Assembly (NCBI GenBank): GCA_032718475.1
Contig: JAUCBJ010008029.1
Location: 1 to 64,000, forward strand
Reading direction: 5' to 3'
Source: Nemertoderma westbladi
Taxonomy: Eukaryota; Animalia; Xenacoelomorpha
Length of the DNA: 64,000 bases
The notes beneath the pieces are model-generated. The model worked only from the letters and a program-made list of their open reading frames with translations, was not told the DNA's origin and ran no database searches. A program made the translations under genes and the position numbers. Shown one piece after another: positions 50,253 through 62,150 of the stretch; position 1 is the stretch's first letter, and every line of letters starts with the position of its first letter.

Positions 50253-51491
50253 TTTTTTTCTTACAGTAATCAAGTCTAACGACTTGCTAATAAATAATAA
50301 TATAAATATAATGATGTTATGTCGTTTGCAAAGCACAAATATGTGAACTTGTAATCTGGAGTACTTAGTTTGTTTGTGGTGTTTTGTGTTATGTGGTAAA
50401 CAGGTGTCACGCACTTTATGTAAAGTGCGGGAAAAAAACTATAAATATCAAATGAAGTAAAGTAAGCGGGTTTATTTAGATGAAAGAACTTCAACTGGAA
50501 TAATCATAACAGACAGTTTAATAACTTCATATCAATATTTGATATTAAGACACTATGAGAAAATGCATGAAGATCACATATATTTCAGTAAATATCCTCA
50601 AAATTTTAATTCATATATTTACTAGATTTTTCATACTCTGAATAATATTTTGTAGGCCTGCCATTAACCCCTTCCTGGCTGGAGCGTACCACTGTACATG
50701 TACTACAATCTCCTATATGCGCCACGGCCTAAACCGTTATTAACCTTCGCTGGCGTTCGGTAAATAAAATGCCTCAAAAATAGTGAAAATAATAAAGTTC
50801 TACTTTTAATCCCAAGTAATAAATAATTATTACTTACAGTTAAACATGAAAATTAACTTAATATTATGTAATAAAGAAAATAAAGAATAGAAGTAGCTAT
50901 AATTAAGTAATGTAGTAGCTATAGTAAATATAATTTATTGAATTATTTTTAGAAAAATGAAGATGATGATAATATTATTGGTTGTAACAGCCGTTTGTGT
51001 TGCGAATGTAATGTCGATAGGAGAGGCAGTCAGTGATGTTCTGAATGAACGAGAAGTGGACATGGAGTTGGAAGAACGATGGGCGGTAATGATTATAAGT
51101 TGTAAATATTAGAGAATCTAGTTATTATTAGTCAGTATAAATTCGGATGTTTGGTATACTAACGTTTATAAACATAGTGACTACAAGTAAACCGTTTACT
51201 TTATATTTTATTTGCAGTGCTCCGCTCCCAATTGTAACTCATGTTTGGCACAGTGTCCTCCTGCAGTACAATGCCTGAATCATTATGATGATTGTTAGAA
51301 TCCATAAACTCAACCTCCGAACATCAACTCGCACATCACTATCAAACATTAACTTATTCACTGTGGTGATGGTTACTGATTTAGGCCTAAAGTTTTCAAA
51401 GACAGAAACAAACCACATCAATCTCGTTTAATTAAAGAGGATCACTCCAATAATTTACTTGTTTAAAAAATATGTGGACTTGTATTATTAA

Positions 51492-51880
51492 CCCTATTAA
51501 ACCCGGGGGGATATGACATCACCCCGTGGATTTTCTGTTATAACTCTGAAAGAAACGGAGTTGGGAATCTAAAATTTTAGGACTTTTTCTAAAATTATAT
51601 TTCCTTTCTAATAGTGAAAACGGTTTTCAAAAATATTGGGAAGTTTTCGAGTTATAGCACCATTTTAAAAAATGGTGCTATCCTACTTTTGGCACTTTTT
51701 TTGAGACGTTTATTGAAAATTACATTTAATGAAATTTGATTTGTAACATCTCTATTTTTGTTTTATACCGGTTTTTTGGTGTTTGCATTTAGATGGAATT
51801 CATAGAAATTAATTTAGAAATATCAAACTAGTTTTTCGGCTGGTGCCAAATTTTGGTGCCAGCACCAAATTTTGAAATAT
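51492..51880 (+). mobile_element. Truncated second copy of the 43038 piggyBac-type element (left end only)
   Basis: ttaa|ccctattaaacccgggggg, collinear similarity to 43038-43445. Confidence 0.88.
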
Positions 51881-53143
51881 TGCCTTTTTAAGAGGTTCAG
51901 ATATTCTCAGTGATGTGTTGAACTGATCACTGGCCGATGAGACAGGATTTACCAAACCAAGGCCCCCAAAACGATTAATAATATCTCTAAGCCAATCATC
52001 ACATACAGAACCAATAACGGCAGGTATAAGACGATTTCGAATGGAGTCCTCTAGAGGTTGAAATATACTGCTATCTTCACCAAAGCAACGTTGAAAAAAG
52101 TCCAATTTGAGCTCAGCCCATGGGTGAAAACAGCATAGGCCGCATGTGGTTGTGTCTCAGCCACCTGCACTAAATTGTCAAGAAGCTCACACCACCCTAG
52201 GACCTTGCCCTTCGCATAAGTGGTGGAGTGGAGAGTACTCAGCTGTTCCAATTACACTCCCCAATAGGCGCTCACCCTGGTCAGTAATATGAACATCAAT
52301 GCCCTTAAAAATTGACTGAGCTTTCTCAACTAGACCAGGTTTGACTACCAACCATGATTTTTCAGCTTTGGTGTGATATCCAAATCCCACAATTTCCTGA
52401 TATCTAGAAGATTACCTATGCCATTGGAGTCATCAGCAAACCAGACGGAATTTATTCGAGTGTGGTGATAATAGGTAAGTGGATTAATGGATATGCCGTA
52501 CCAGGGGAATGCTAAAGGGTCACCTTGGGTTGTTCCTTCATTGAACCCACGCTCGATAACACCACAGAAAAGGCGTATTTTCCTACGATAAGTGTTAATG
52601 ACATATAGGGATATAGCAGGGCAAAAAATTATGATGTTATGGAGGGCTACTGATCTGTTCAACATGTTAAAGGAATTCGGTGCATCAATCATTAAAATAC
52701 CCTCATTCTCATCCTGGTTAAACTCTTCAACCAAAGAATGTTTTGCTGCTTCTACTCCAGCTGAATGCCCTCCCGCCGTCTTAAGAGGCCCAGCAGTGTG
52801 TTGTACCTCCTCTTTCACAACACTTACTATAATTCTACCTATTAGCCGCTTAAGGACTTCCCCAACACTTATCGGACGAACTCCAGGATTTTTATTTAAA
52901 GGTATAAGACGAGAGGCTACAAGGGCTTCAATGCTATTAGGGTCAACAGGCAAAGGCGCTGGGCTACTTTAGCGATAATTTGGCAGAGGTCAGTGGACTT
53001 TGAGCGAAACTCTTTTGAGCAGAGAATTCTCCTTAAAGATTATGTATCAAGGCCAGAAGGACCCGAACCCCCTCTTATCCCTAAAGCAGCTTTAGCCGCC
53101 CGCCGCTGCCGCTCGCCGCTCCTGTGGTGTATCATGGCCTTAA

Positions 53144-54840
53144 CCCCTTCCGTACGGTGACATACCTGGTATGTCACCATAAAGTGTACTGTGACATACC
53201 TGGTATGTCATGGTTTGTTTACAGTTCTATGCTCAGTGAAAAGATGCAGTAGCATGAATGGTACATTTTAAATTACTCTCAGGGCTCTCCATGGTACTAT
53301 GCTTTTGTAGTTTGAGTTCTGGTAGTCTGACAGTGTGTGGTTTACTGCTGTACTTACCGGTAGTACTACCATGAAGGGTACTGTGACATACCTGGTATGT
53401 CATGGTTTGTTTACAGTTCTATGCTCAGTGACAAGATGCAGTAGCATGAATGGTACATTTTTAATTACTCTCATGGCTCTCCATGGTACTATGCTTTAGT
53501 AGTTTGAGAGTTGGCAGTCTGACAGTGTGTGGTTTACTGCTGTACTTACCGGTAGTACTACATAGCTATTGGCTATAGCTCTGGTACAGTGGTGGACTGG
53601 TAGTGTGTGTCGTTATGTAGTACCAGTACAGTAGGCCTAGATATCTGTTTATGGCGGGTGTATGTATACCCAGTACGTCAACGGAATCGGTTGCTACGAT
53701 TTGGTTATGATGACGGTCACACGAATTCCGATTCTGGATTCCGAATCCTCGAATTCCAGGGATGATGATACCGATACCGATTGATAGCGTAGCAATTGAT
53801 AAATACAACCATACAATGGGTGGAGTAGATATAACCGATCAATAATACGTTCTCATCATGTAGTGCCGCTCGCCGAACCCACGCGTTGTTTAAAAAACTA
53901 GGCATTAACTTTATTCAGCGCCTATTATTGAATGCGTACGTTTTATACAAACAAGAACAAAAACCTGTAACACGAAACGAGAAACCTAAAAAAATCGTAT
54001 TCACGGATTTTGTGTATCACTCTGTGGCCTTTCTTACTGGAGTTCCTGATGAGAACAAACGAGTTACAACAAAGAAGAAGTCGACTCCTGCTACCTCATC
54101 CCAGCCACAAACGATACCTCGACCACATATATTAGAAAAGATAATATCGGCCGAATCCAGCAAACCACAGAAACGCTGCCGTGTGTGTTACAAAGCTGGA
54201 ATCCGAAAAGCGGTTAGATACGAGTGCACTTCGTGTTTAGATAAGCCTGGACTATGCCATGGTACTTGTTTCGTAACCTATCATGCGAGTTTGGCCTGAA
54301 ACTATTAACTATGTACCAGACTATATTTCCGTACCGTATATATCTTTTTATATATATATGTACATGTATATATAATATATTTACATGATATAATTAATGA
54401 CATATGACAATGATAATGACAATGTTATCAAACATCCTATAAATTTAAAAAAAAAAAATTTTAAAATTAAAAAAAAAATTTTATATACAGTACTATTATA
54501 TACAATTTAAAATAAATATATATACACATATATATATTATATATTTATTTATATATATATTTAAAAAATATATTATATATATTATTATAATATATATATA
54601 TACAGTATATAAATATAATGAAATATGTACTAAATATATAATATATATAATAAATATATATATATATCAATATATATATACAAATATATATTATATTCAC
54701 TATATGTGGCATATATATGCACAAAATAAGTTTGGGTACCCTTTTGTTAGAAAAATATCACCATAAGGATCTCATATAAAAAAATATTTTTTTCAGTGCC
54801 CTAGATGTATGCTTTTTTTTTATCTTCAGTATGGAAGGGG
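53144..54840 (+). mobile_element. Internally deleted piggyBac transposon
   Basis: ttaa|ccccttccgtac ... gtatggaagggg|ttaa. Subterminal palindrome gtgacatacctggtatgtcac and an internal duplication of about 190 bp. Confidence 0.93.
53886..54299 (+). pseudogene. piggyBac transposase C-terminal remnant (PGBD4-like cysteine-rich domain)
   Basis: KKLGINFIQRLLLNAYVLYK...QKRCRVCYKAGIRKAVRYECTSCLDKPGLCHGTCFVTYH. The DDD catalytic core is absent. Confidence 0.9.
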
Positions 54841-55710
54841 TTAAAGCAGCTTTAAAAACCATTTCACCTGTAATAGATGAGAAGGTGCTTCGAGGAATTA
54901 GCTCAGTAGGACCCCTTCTTAGTGCCTAATCAAGTGAGAACCCGGCAGATAGCTGGTGGATGTTTCGAATATAGTTCTTCAACAACGCTGCTGCTGAGAT
55001 CTAGGAACCCCCCATCTGAATTCTCAAGTAATCTAATCGCTGCACTTATCTTATCTTCAAAAACAAGTTTACTAAAAATCCTGGCAGTATCCATAGGTTT
55101 TTTAGCAGGATATGATTGTTGAAGCTTTTTTGAATTGCTAGAGAGTCACAAAGTAAATCCTCGAATTTACCACAAGCCCACAGCTTTAACCTAGAGGAAA
55201 GGACAGTGCAATGTTCTGAGGATGTAGGATGTTTGAATGCGGTTTTTGTAGAAGAAGATGGGGCATAATAGAGACAAGTTTGAATGCTACACCCTCTAAA
55301 GGAGAGCCTGACTCCCTAAAAATCCTAATATTAGTTATAAATAAAATATAATTTTTATTGCTGTACAAATAATTCTCTACAACTTTATATTTCATAATTT
55401 TTAAGTAAGATTTATATTTCTATATAAATAGTGAAAATTATTATCTTTTTTATTGTAACTAATATTAATTACAAATAATTAATTAATAACAAATAATTAA
55501 AATTTTTTCCACCATTCATTCGACCATATTTGATTCACTACAACTTTAAACTTCAAACTTTAACTGTAAACTCCTCATTTGCCAAGTGTACTTCAAGAAA
55601 TTGTGAATTGTATGATTGATATTATTTATAAAAAATTTAGGTTCTGAGGGGCATATCAGAAAGTGGATTTGTAGACAAGGGGTTAAACATTTCGGAAATA
55701 AAATTTTTTA

Positions 55711-56817
55711 ACGAGTGTTGAAAAATATCGAGTGTTGAAAAATATCGAGTGTTGAATAATATCGAGAGTAAAAATATCGAGAGTTGAAAAATATCGAGAG
55801 TAAAAATATCGAGTGTTGAAAAATATCGAATGTTGAAAAATATCGAGAGTAAAAATATCGAGAGTAAAAATATCGAGTGTTGAAAAATATCGAGAGTAAA
55901 AATATCTAGAGTAAAAATATCGAGTGTTGAAAAATATCGAGAGTAAAAATAACGATTGTTGAAAAATATCGAGTGTTGAAAAATATCGAGAGTAAAAATA
56001 TTGCATTTTGCTTGAGCATTTTATTTAGAATTATAGGACAATATTGCAGTGCATGGGTTACAACAGTGCAAGTGCAAGTAAATGGCATTAATACACCTTG
56101 GGTACCCATTCACCAGATTTATTATACTAGCTAGTTTTTGCTATTTTTGTAATAAATATTATAGAAGAAGTGCTAGCTATCAATTTTGATAAATATATCA
56201 AGATTAGAACAATTAAAATGAAATTAGAATTTTTTAGTTTTAGATCACATTTAAAAATTTTTTAAAATAGCTAGTATTTTCTACTTATTTTTATAAATGT
56301 TTAGAACACGTGTAAGCTACCAATGTTTATAAATATTTTTTGTTCTAGAACACATTTTTTTGTTCTAGAACATTTTTAGGAAAAAAAATTATCATACAAC
56401 CCTTATTTTACAAAATTTTTTCTATCGATATTTTTACTCTCGATATTTATCAACACTCGATTTTTTTACTCTCGATATTTTCAACACTCGCTATTTTTCA
56501 ACACTCGATATTTATCAACACTCGATATTTTTACTCTCGATATTTATCAACACTCGATATTTTTACTCTCGATATTTTTCAACACTCGATATTTTTACTC
56601 TCGATATTTATCAACACTCGATATTTTTACTCTCGATATTTTTCAACACTCGATTTTTTTTACTCTCGATATTTTTCAACACTCGGTATTTTTCAACACG
56701 CGATATTTATCAACACTCGATATGTTTACTCACGATATTTTTCAACACTCGATATTTTTACTCTCGATATTTTTCAACACTCGATATTATTACTCTCGAT
56801 ATTTTTCAACACTCGAT
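55711..56817. mobile_element. Foldback-like element: inverted arrays of 16/17-bp repeats around a spacer of about 420 bp
   Basis: (aaaaatatcgagtgttg / aaaaatatcgagagt)n at 55711-56002 and the reverse-complement array at 56425-56817. Confidence 0.85.
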
Positions 56818-57275
56818 AAGAGCTAGTAGAGTTAGAGAGTTAGTAGAGTTAGTAGTGAGTAGTGAGAGGGGGCACGTGGGTACAGCAGGAAAGACCGTGT
56901 AGGCCGCACGAGACATACTACTGTACTTCACAGCCCGTAGAGTAGGTCAGAATAGGGATTATCAAATAAATAATCCGTTATAAGTGTTAATAGCAGAGTT
57001 GTAGAATTAAAATTAATATTAAAAATTAAAATTCAACAAATTATAGTAACAGTAGATAAAATATTCTAGAATATAATAAAAGTAACTGACAAAATTAGGG
57101 AATTTGGGGAAATTTAGTATTTTAGGGAATAAAATAGGCAAATCCAGCAATAACCTAGCAATTCGGACAGAGATAGGCCATTATCGGACCATACAGACCA
57201 TCCTAACTACATCACTCACTTATATTGAGCCTTGGTAAGGCACCACCTTATAGTTGAGCGATCGGGGCGTTCGAA

Positions 57276-59759
57276 ATGGCGGAGAAGCTTGTTAGAAAGA
57301 GAAAGGCGGAGATGGGAGGAAAGGAAATACTGGTAGATTTCACTGAGAGGCATCCGGAGGAGAAGACGAGGGGATACTACGAGCGGTTAGAGAAGGGTCA
57401 CAAGGCGCGAGTGCTGCAGGACCATTTCAGGGAGGTGCACGAGAGGCGGCTGGTCGGGACCTAAGGGACGCCGTCGCTAGACAACGCGATCCTCGAGCAT
57501 TTCGACTATGTGGTAAAGAGAGACGAGGCGAAGTTCGGGATACCGAAATATCCGAGGGAACGACCGAGGAAGGATTGGAAGAGGTTCGTAGCAGGGGAGG
57601 ATGCATGGTCCTAGACGACGAAGGGACCGTGGAAGACAAGGAGGGTTCGAGGAGAGGGTCGGCGGGGTCGGCCAGAACCATACTTCTGCATTTGGCTGCG
57701 CCAAATGGGGACATATTCCTGTTCGATCTGGGAATGTATGGGAAGAAGAGCGGGCCGAAGTTAAACCGGTTGCCAAGGGTGGTGCAGAATGTAGTAAGAG
57801 AGAAGTCGACGATAAAGGTGCGATCGTCGATCCGCGATGATGCGGAGAGGATCATCGGTCCGGAGACCCCCAACCTCCTGGACACGCAAACGGTCTACAT
57901 GGCTATGACAGGGCCAGCCAGGTTGGGACTAGTAGAGAACACGGGCCATTGTGGAGCGGTGGCGCTGGGCCAGTTAATGGGGCTCGTATGCCACAAGCCA
58001 ATGGACTGGGGTAAATTCAGGGAGGAGTACGGAGCGGAGTTGGCGAACTCGCTGAAGTGGAGAGCGAGGCCGGGGAAACAGGAGGTGTATCAATTCCGGA
58101 GAGAAGCGATAAAGATATATCAGAAGCGATATATCCTACAGGAGGATTGGATAATGATAGGTTTATTAAACCTATTCATGGCCGTGGTTATCGAAAGAGA
58201 GCCAATGGCGTTTCTGCTATCTGGATCACCCCTGAACTACAGAAGTGCCTTCAAAGTGGCTTTCGAGGGTCTGGTAGACCACTCGGGGCTGAAGGGCGTG
58301 TCGGTATACTACAACTGCCAATATCTAGTAGACAGGGAGGTGGATACACCATATCAGAGGTGGGAGAAGCTAGAGGCGGATAGATAAGAGGAGAAGCGAT
58401 TGGAAGAAATCGCTAGATGAGAGAGGAGGGAGGCAGACAAAAGAGAGGCGGAAGCTAGAGGAGAGTGATATGGGTTCGAGGCCCAGGCCTTGGACGATTT
58501 ACAATGGACATCAGGGAGCTCGGGCGAGTCTCTAGGGCGAGAGTTGGGGTGGACGGAGGGTTCGCCGAAACAGTCGACATCGGGATTGCAGGCAACGCCC
58601 ATACAAGCGGGCGCCGAGGGCCTTTTAGCAAAGAGAAGGCCAGGGGAACTGGAAGGATGGAGAGTCACGGGCGAGAGCCAAGGTGGGAAGGGACACAGTG
58701 GATCTACCAGGACACCGGCTTGGAGCCACTCCCAGTGGAGGACGAGGATGACGACGAGTTCGGAGAGATGCCGCCCATCAGGAGAATCGGCCACTCAGAC
58801 ACGGACTGGGTTGGCGGGAGAGTGGTGACGGCCAGCGGGGCGAGGGCCTTCTGGGATAGACCCGGCATGCGGGCCTGGGTGCATGAGGAGCCGGCGATGG
58901 ATTTCGTGGGGAATACTATCAGGTTGGGCGAGCAACCGGGAACGGCACCACGGGTAGTATTCGGAGAGACGATGCCCAGGCGGGACGAGGAGATAGACAT
59001 GGACAGGGACGTTAACCCCCAGAAGTTTGCTTACCAGCGACTCCATAGACCGAGGAGATCGCTTGGGGCGAAGGACGACTTGGGGCGGGACGCGTTGGTA
59101 CTTGGCTGTGATTACTGTGGGAGGCTTACTCACCAGGAGTGGAGCTGCTTGTACCGATTCCAGAAGGGGCGAGTTGCCTCTACTGAGTCATAGGATGGGG
59201 GCATGTCCACGGTTGCACAACCGATGTTCTAAGTGCAACTTCCGGGGGCACTACGGACGCCAGTGTGACTGGATAGACAACAAGGAGAAGTTAAGATCTT
59301 CGAGGAGTGGCCCGATGTCGGCGTCATGACGCGGCAGCGGATGAAGGCCCAGGAATTCCAGTGGGGTTTCTTTAATATTAATTAATATTAATTATTATTA
59401 ATTATTTAATATTAATCCAGGTGGGAGGCCCACCTGGAAATCATCAAACGGAGGCTTCCGTTTACTTATCAAGAAGTATCAATGGCAGCATCGTATGCGG
59501 GAGTGATGAATACACAGAGATATTTAGACAGATGGATGCCACAGAACCGGGGAGAGTTCAGAGATTTCCTGGCGGAGCATGTGCCACGGGCCATGAAGGT
59601 GATCCTATGGGACGCCACAGTAGGGAAGTAACGGCAAGGATGAGGAACCTTAAGGAGGACAAGAACAAGGGAGCAGCGACAACCAGGAAGCGACCAAGAC
59701 AGGAGGACGACAGAGGGAAGGAACTGAGATGGTTCCCAAAGACAGGAGGAGCGAACTAG
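57276..59759 (+). pseudogene. Disrupted accessory gene: DnaQ-like DEDDy 3'-5' exonuclease domain plus Cys/His zinc knuckles
   Basis: ExoI-like MVLDDEG, ILLHLAAPNGDIFLFDL, LPRVVQNVVREKSTIKV..IRDDAERI (ExoII-like), LLDTQTVY, YQKRYILQED (ExoIII-like) in 57575-58387. Downstream CDYCGRLTHQEWSC and H..ACPRLHNRCSKCNFRGHYGRQC. Several stops and frameshifts. Confidence 0.68.
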
Positions 59760-59775
59760 GACTTGGAGGGGGAGA

Positions 59776-60987
59776 TGTGGGGATGCCTGGAAGGCACCAC
59801 ATGCGAAGTAATACGAACTCCTAAGTGCAAATTTAATTAAAAGTGCAATTAGTATGTACGTATGTAATAATCATTAGAATATAATCACATAACCAATATG
59901 ATCAAAGTAAGTACTACAGTCATACAACCTTTTCCAACTAGCTACTGAGACTGGGGACCAATTGACCATGATAGGACAAGACACTAGACGACTCACACTT
60001 CTTGAGTGCGATGGCGCGAAAGGGGAGGGTGAGGTTCGTCAGGAGTAAGTGGAGCGGAACGAATAAGGGTGGAGCATAGAACGCAGGGGAGATAGTGAGA
60101 GGTGGTGTTGAGGCGTGTGGAGAGAATACGGGTGCAATTCAATGTGGGGGGAGGAATAAGAGGCAGAGTGGGGGACAAGGAGGTCCGAAAGTAGAGTCAG
60201 TTAGAGTGGAAGTAGAGAGAAGTTAGAGTCAGTTAGAGTGGAGTAGAGATTAAAATTGCGTGTGAGGAATCCACAATTGTCTCGAACCGAGACTCCAGAT
60301 GTCTTGGTGCAACATAGGACAACAATCGACTCCAAGTAAGAGAACTCCACCCCACACCCGATAGTAGATCGGGTTCCAGCGGAATTGAAGCGCACTCAAA
60401 GGTGATGCTATCTTCCCACCAGGAAGATAGCATGGGGGGAGTGTGAGTTGATTCAATTCCGGCTCACTAACCCCATAAAGTTGGGAAGTGGCGCCCTTTT
60501 TTCAGCAATATTGGAGATACGAGATTAATAACAATCAATCTCGTATCACACCCAATAACGGGACAACACAATCCCCAAAGCCACACAAAGGGAGGTTAGA
60601 GGTCAAACCACCTCGAGAGGGCAGATAACCAACAGCGGGGGGGAAGCACTCTCACAGAGGTGGGAGGCGTGAAGTAGGTTATAGGCCAATGGGAGACTGG
60701 GAGAGCATCCGCTAGGTAATAAGGCCACAGTACCGTAAGAATGATTAGATATATATTATCAGTATAGTAACATACCAATTTAGTTTACTCAGTCACTCAG
60801 TGCAGACCACACGTTATATTATATTATCAGTTATACTACCAATTTATATTCTGTCAACTGTGTTAGCATATATTATCCGTTTATTCAATCTATAACAATA
60901 TCAGAGCGATAACAACAAACTATCTTTCTCAATTACACGGTGACGCCTAGCTTATCAAACCGGTCGGGATCCCTTGATCCCGTCACA
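59776..60987 (+). repeat. Long terminal repeat (about 1.2 kb) of remnant 1
   Basis: TG...CA ends with an imperfect terminal inverted repeat, preceded by a PPT. About 60090-60987 aligns with about 62160-63166. Confidence 0.75.
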
Positions 60988-61499
60988 GGGGACCATGAGG
61001 AAATCAAGAAGGCCACTGGAAGACCCGATTTTAGGGTGGTGGAGGAGGCTAGCGAGAGTGGTAGATACTTACCCCGACGAGGACGGAAGAGTCCGGTCAG
61101 TGGAGGTGAGAATAGGAGGCAAGATAGGAGCAAAGGACAGGAAGACCTACAGGAGGGCTGTAGGAAAGTGATGCCTAGTAGAAGGGGCACCTTAGAGTTT
61201 GTCGTCCAAATGTTGGACTAAGGGGGGTGGGAATGAGGGCGAGATGCCCTTCCTACACAAAATATAATAAATAATAAGTAAAAGCAAATAATAAAAATAA
61301 TAAAGTAAGAAGTGTGATAGTAGAAAGTTAGAGAAAGAAGAAGAAAGAAGTAATAGTAGTAGATAGTTAGATAGTAAGTAGTAGTTAGAAAGTTAGTAGA
61401 AGTTAGTAAGAAGTAGTAGTTAGAAATTTAGTAGAAGTTAGTAAGAAGTAAGAAAGTTAGTAGAAGTTAGTAAGAGTAAGAGGAGAGTTAGAAGTAGGC

Positions 61500-61930
61500 A
61501 GAAGAAAGGGAGTGTGGTATATTGACATACCACGAGTAGTAGCAGGGTACATAGTACCGGAGTAGCAGGGTACATAGTACTGAGAGAGTTAGAGGTTGTG
61601 GGTACCGAAAGCGCCACGTAGAAAGAGAGTTAGGGAGTGTGGTATGTAGACATACCATGAGAAGTGGTAGCAGAGGGGTTGTGGGCACCGAAAGCGCCAC
61701 GTAGAAAGAGGGTAGAGGGTGTGGTATGTAGGTATACAATAGAGGTAGTAGCAGAGGGGTTGTGGGCACCGAAAGCGCCACGTAGTGAGAGAGTGAAGGG
61801 TGTGGTATGTAGGTATTAGGTAGTAGCATTATGTAGGTAATAACAGTATTAGTGTACATAGAAGTTAGAAGTTGTGGGCACCGAGAGCGCCACATAGTAA
61901 GAAAGTAAAGAGTATGTAGGCATAGCATAG
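61500..61930. repeat. Degenerate tandem repeat of about 80-110 bp (4 copies) in the LTR-element spacer
   Basis: gttgtgggcaccgaaagcgccacgtag...gtgtggtatgtag near 61595, 61678, 61759 and 61871. Confidence 0.85.
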
Positions 61931-62034
61931 TAGTAGTAGGGTACTTAGTGGTAAGAAGTTCTTAAGGGCAAGAAGTAAGTAGCAAGGTAGATAGGATGAT
62001 AGCACAGACAGGGGTAAAACTAAGGAAAATTGGC

Positions 62035-62150
62035 ACTTTGGGAGTGGTAGAGAACACAGGACATTGTGGAGGAGTGGGGATGGGCCAGCTCATGAGGCTT
62101 GTCTGCCACAAGCCGATGGACTGGGGTAAGCCCCGAGAGGAGTATGAGAG
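62035..62150 (+). pseudogene. Diverged fragment of the accessory exonuclease gene
   Basis: LGVVENTGHCGGVGMGQLMRLVCHKPMDWGKPREEY versus LGLVENTGHCGAVALGQLMGLVCHKPMDWGKFREEY at about 57923-58030. Confidence 0.9.

Larger units (their letters stand above)
51880..55320 (-). pseudogene. Degraded CRE-clade non-LTR retrotransposon RT region, split by later insertions
   Basis: Right part: SPLEGVAFK..MPHLLLQKPH, KHPPA, KAALGIRGGSGPSGLD across the junction. Left part: SRLIPLNKNPGVRPISVGEVLKRLIG, EGILMIDAPNSFNMLNR, EGTTQGDPLA, WFADD, GERLLGSVIG, QPHAAYAVF, GGLGL. Confidence 0.88.
56818..60987 (+). mobile_element. LTR retrotransposon remnant 1: spacer, accessory gene, PPT and 3' LTR
   Basis: PPT ggagggggaga (59765-59775) is followed by TGTGGGGAT...ATCCCGTCACA. 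Homologous to remnant 2, which carries a BEL/Pao integrase tail. Confidence 0.75.

Noticed and set aside
60958-60987. Interpretation as a tRNA primer-binding site after an LTR ending at 60957
   Set aside because: There is no TGG start, and the segment matches the LTR 5' end as an inverted repeat. It is better read as the LTR terminus.
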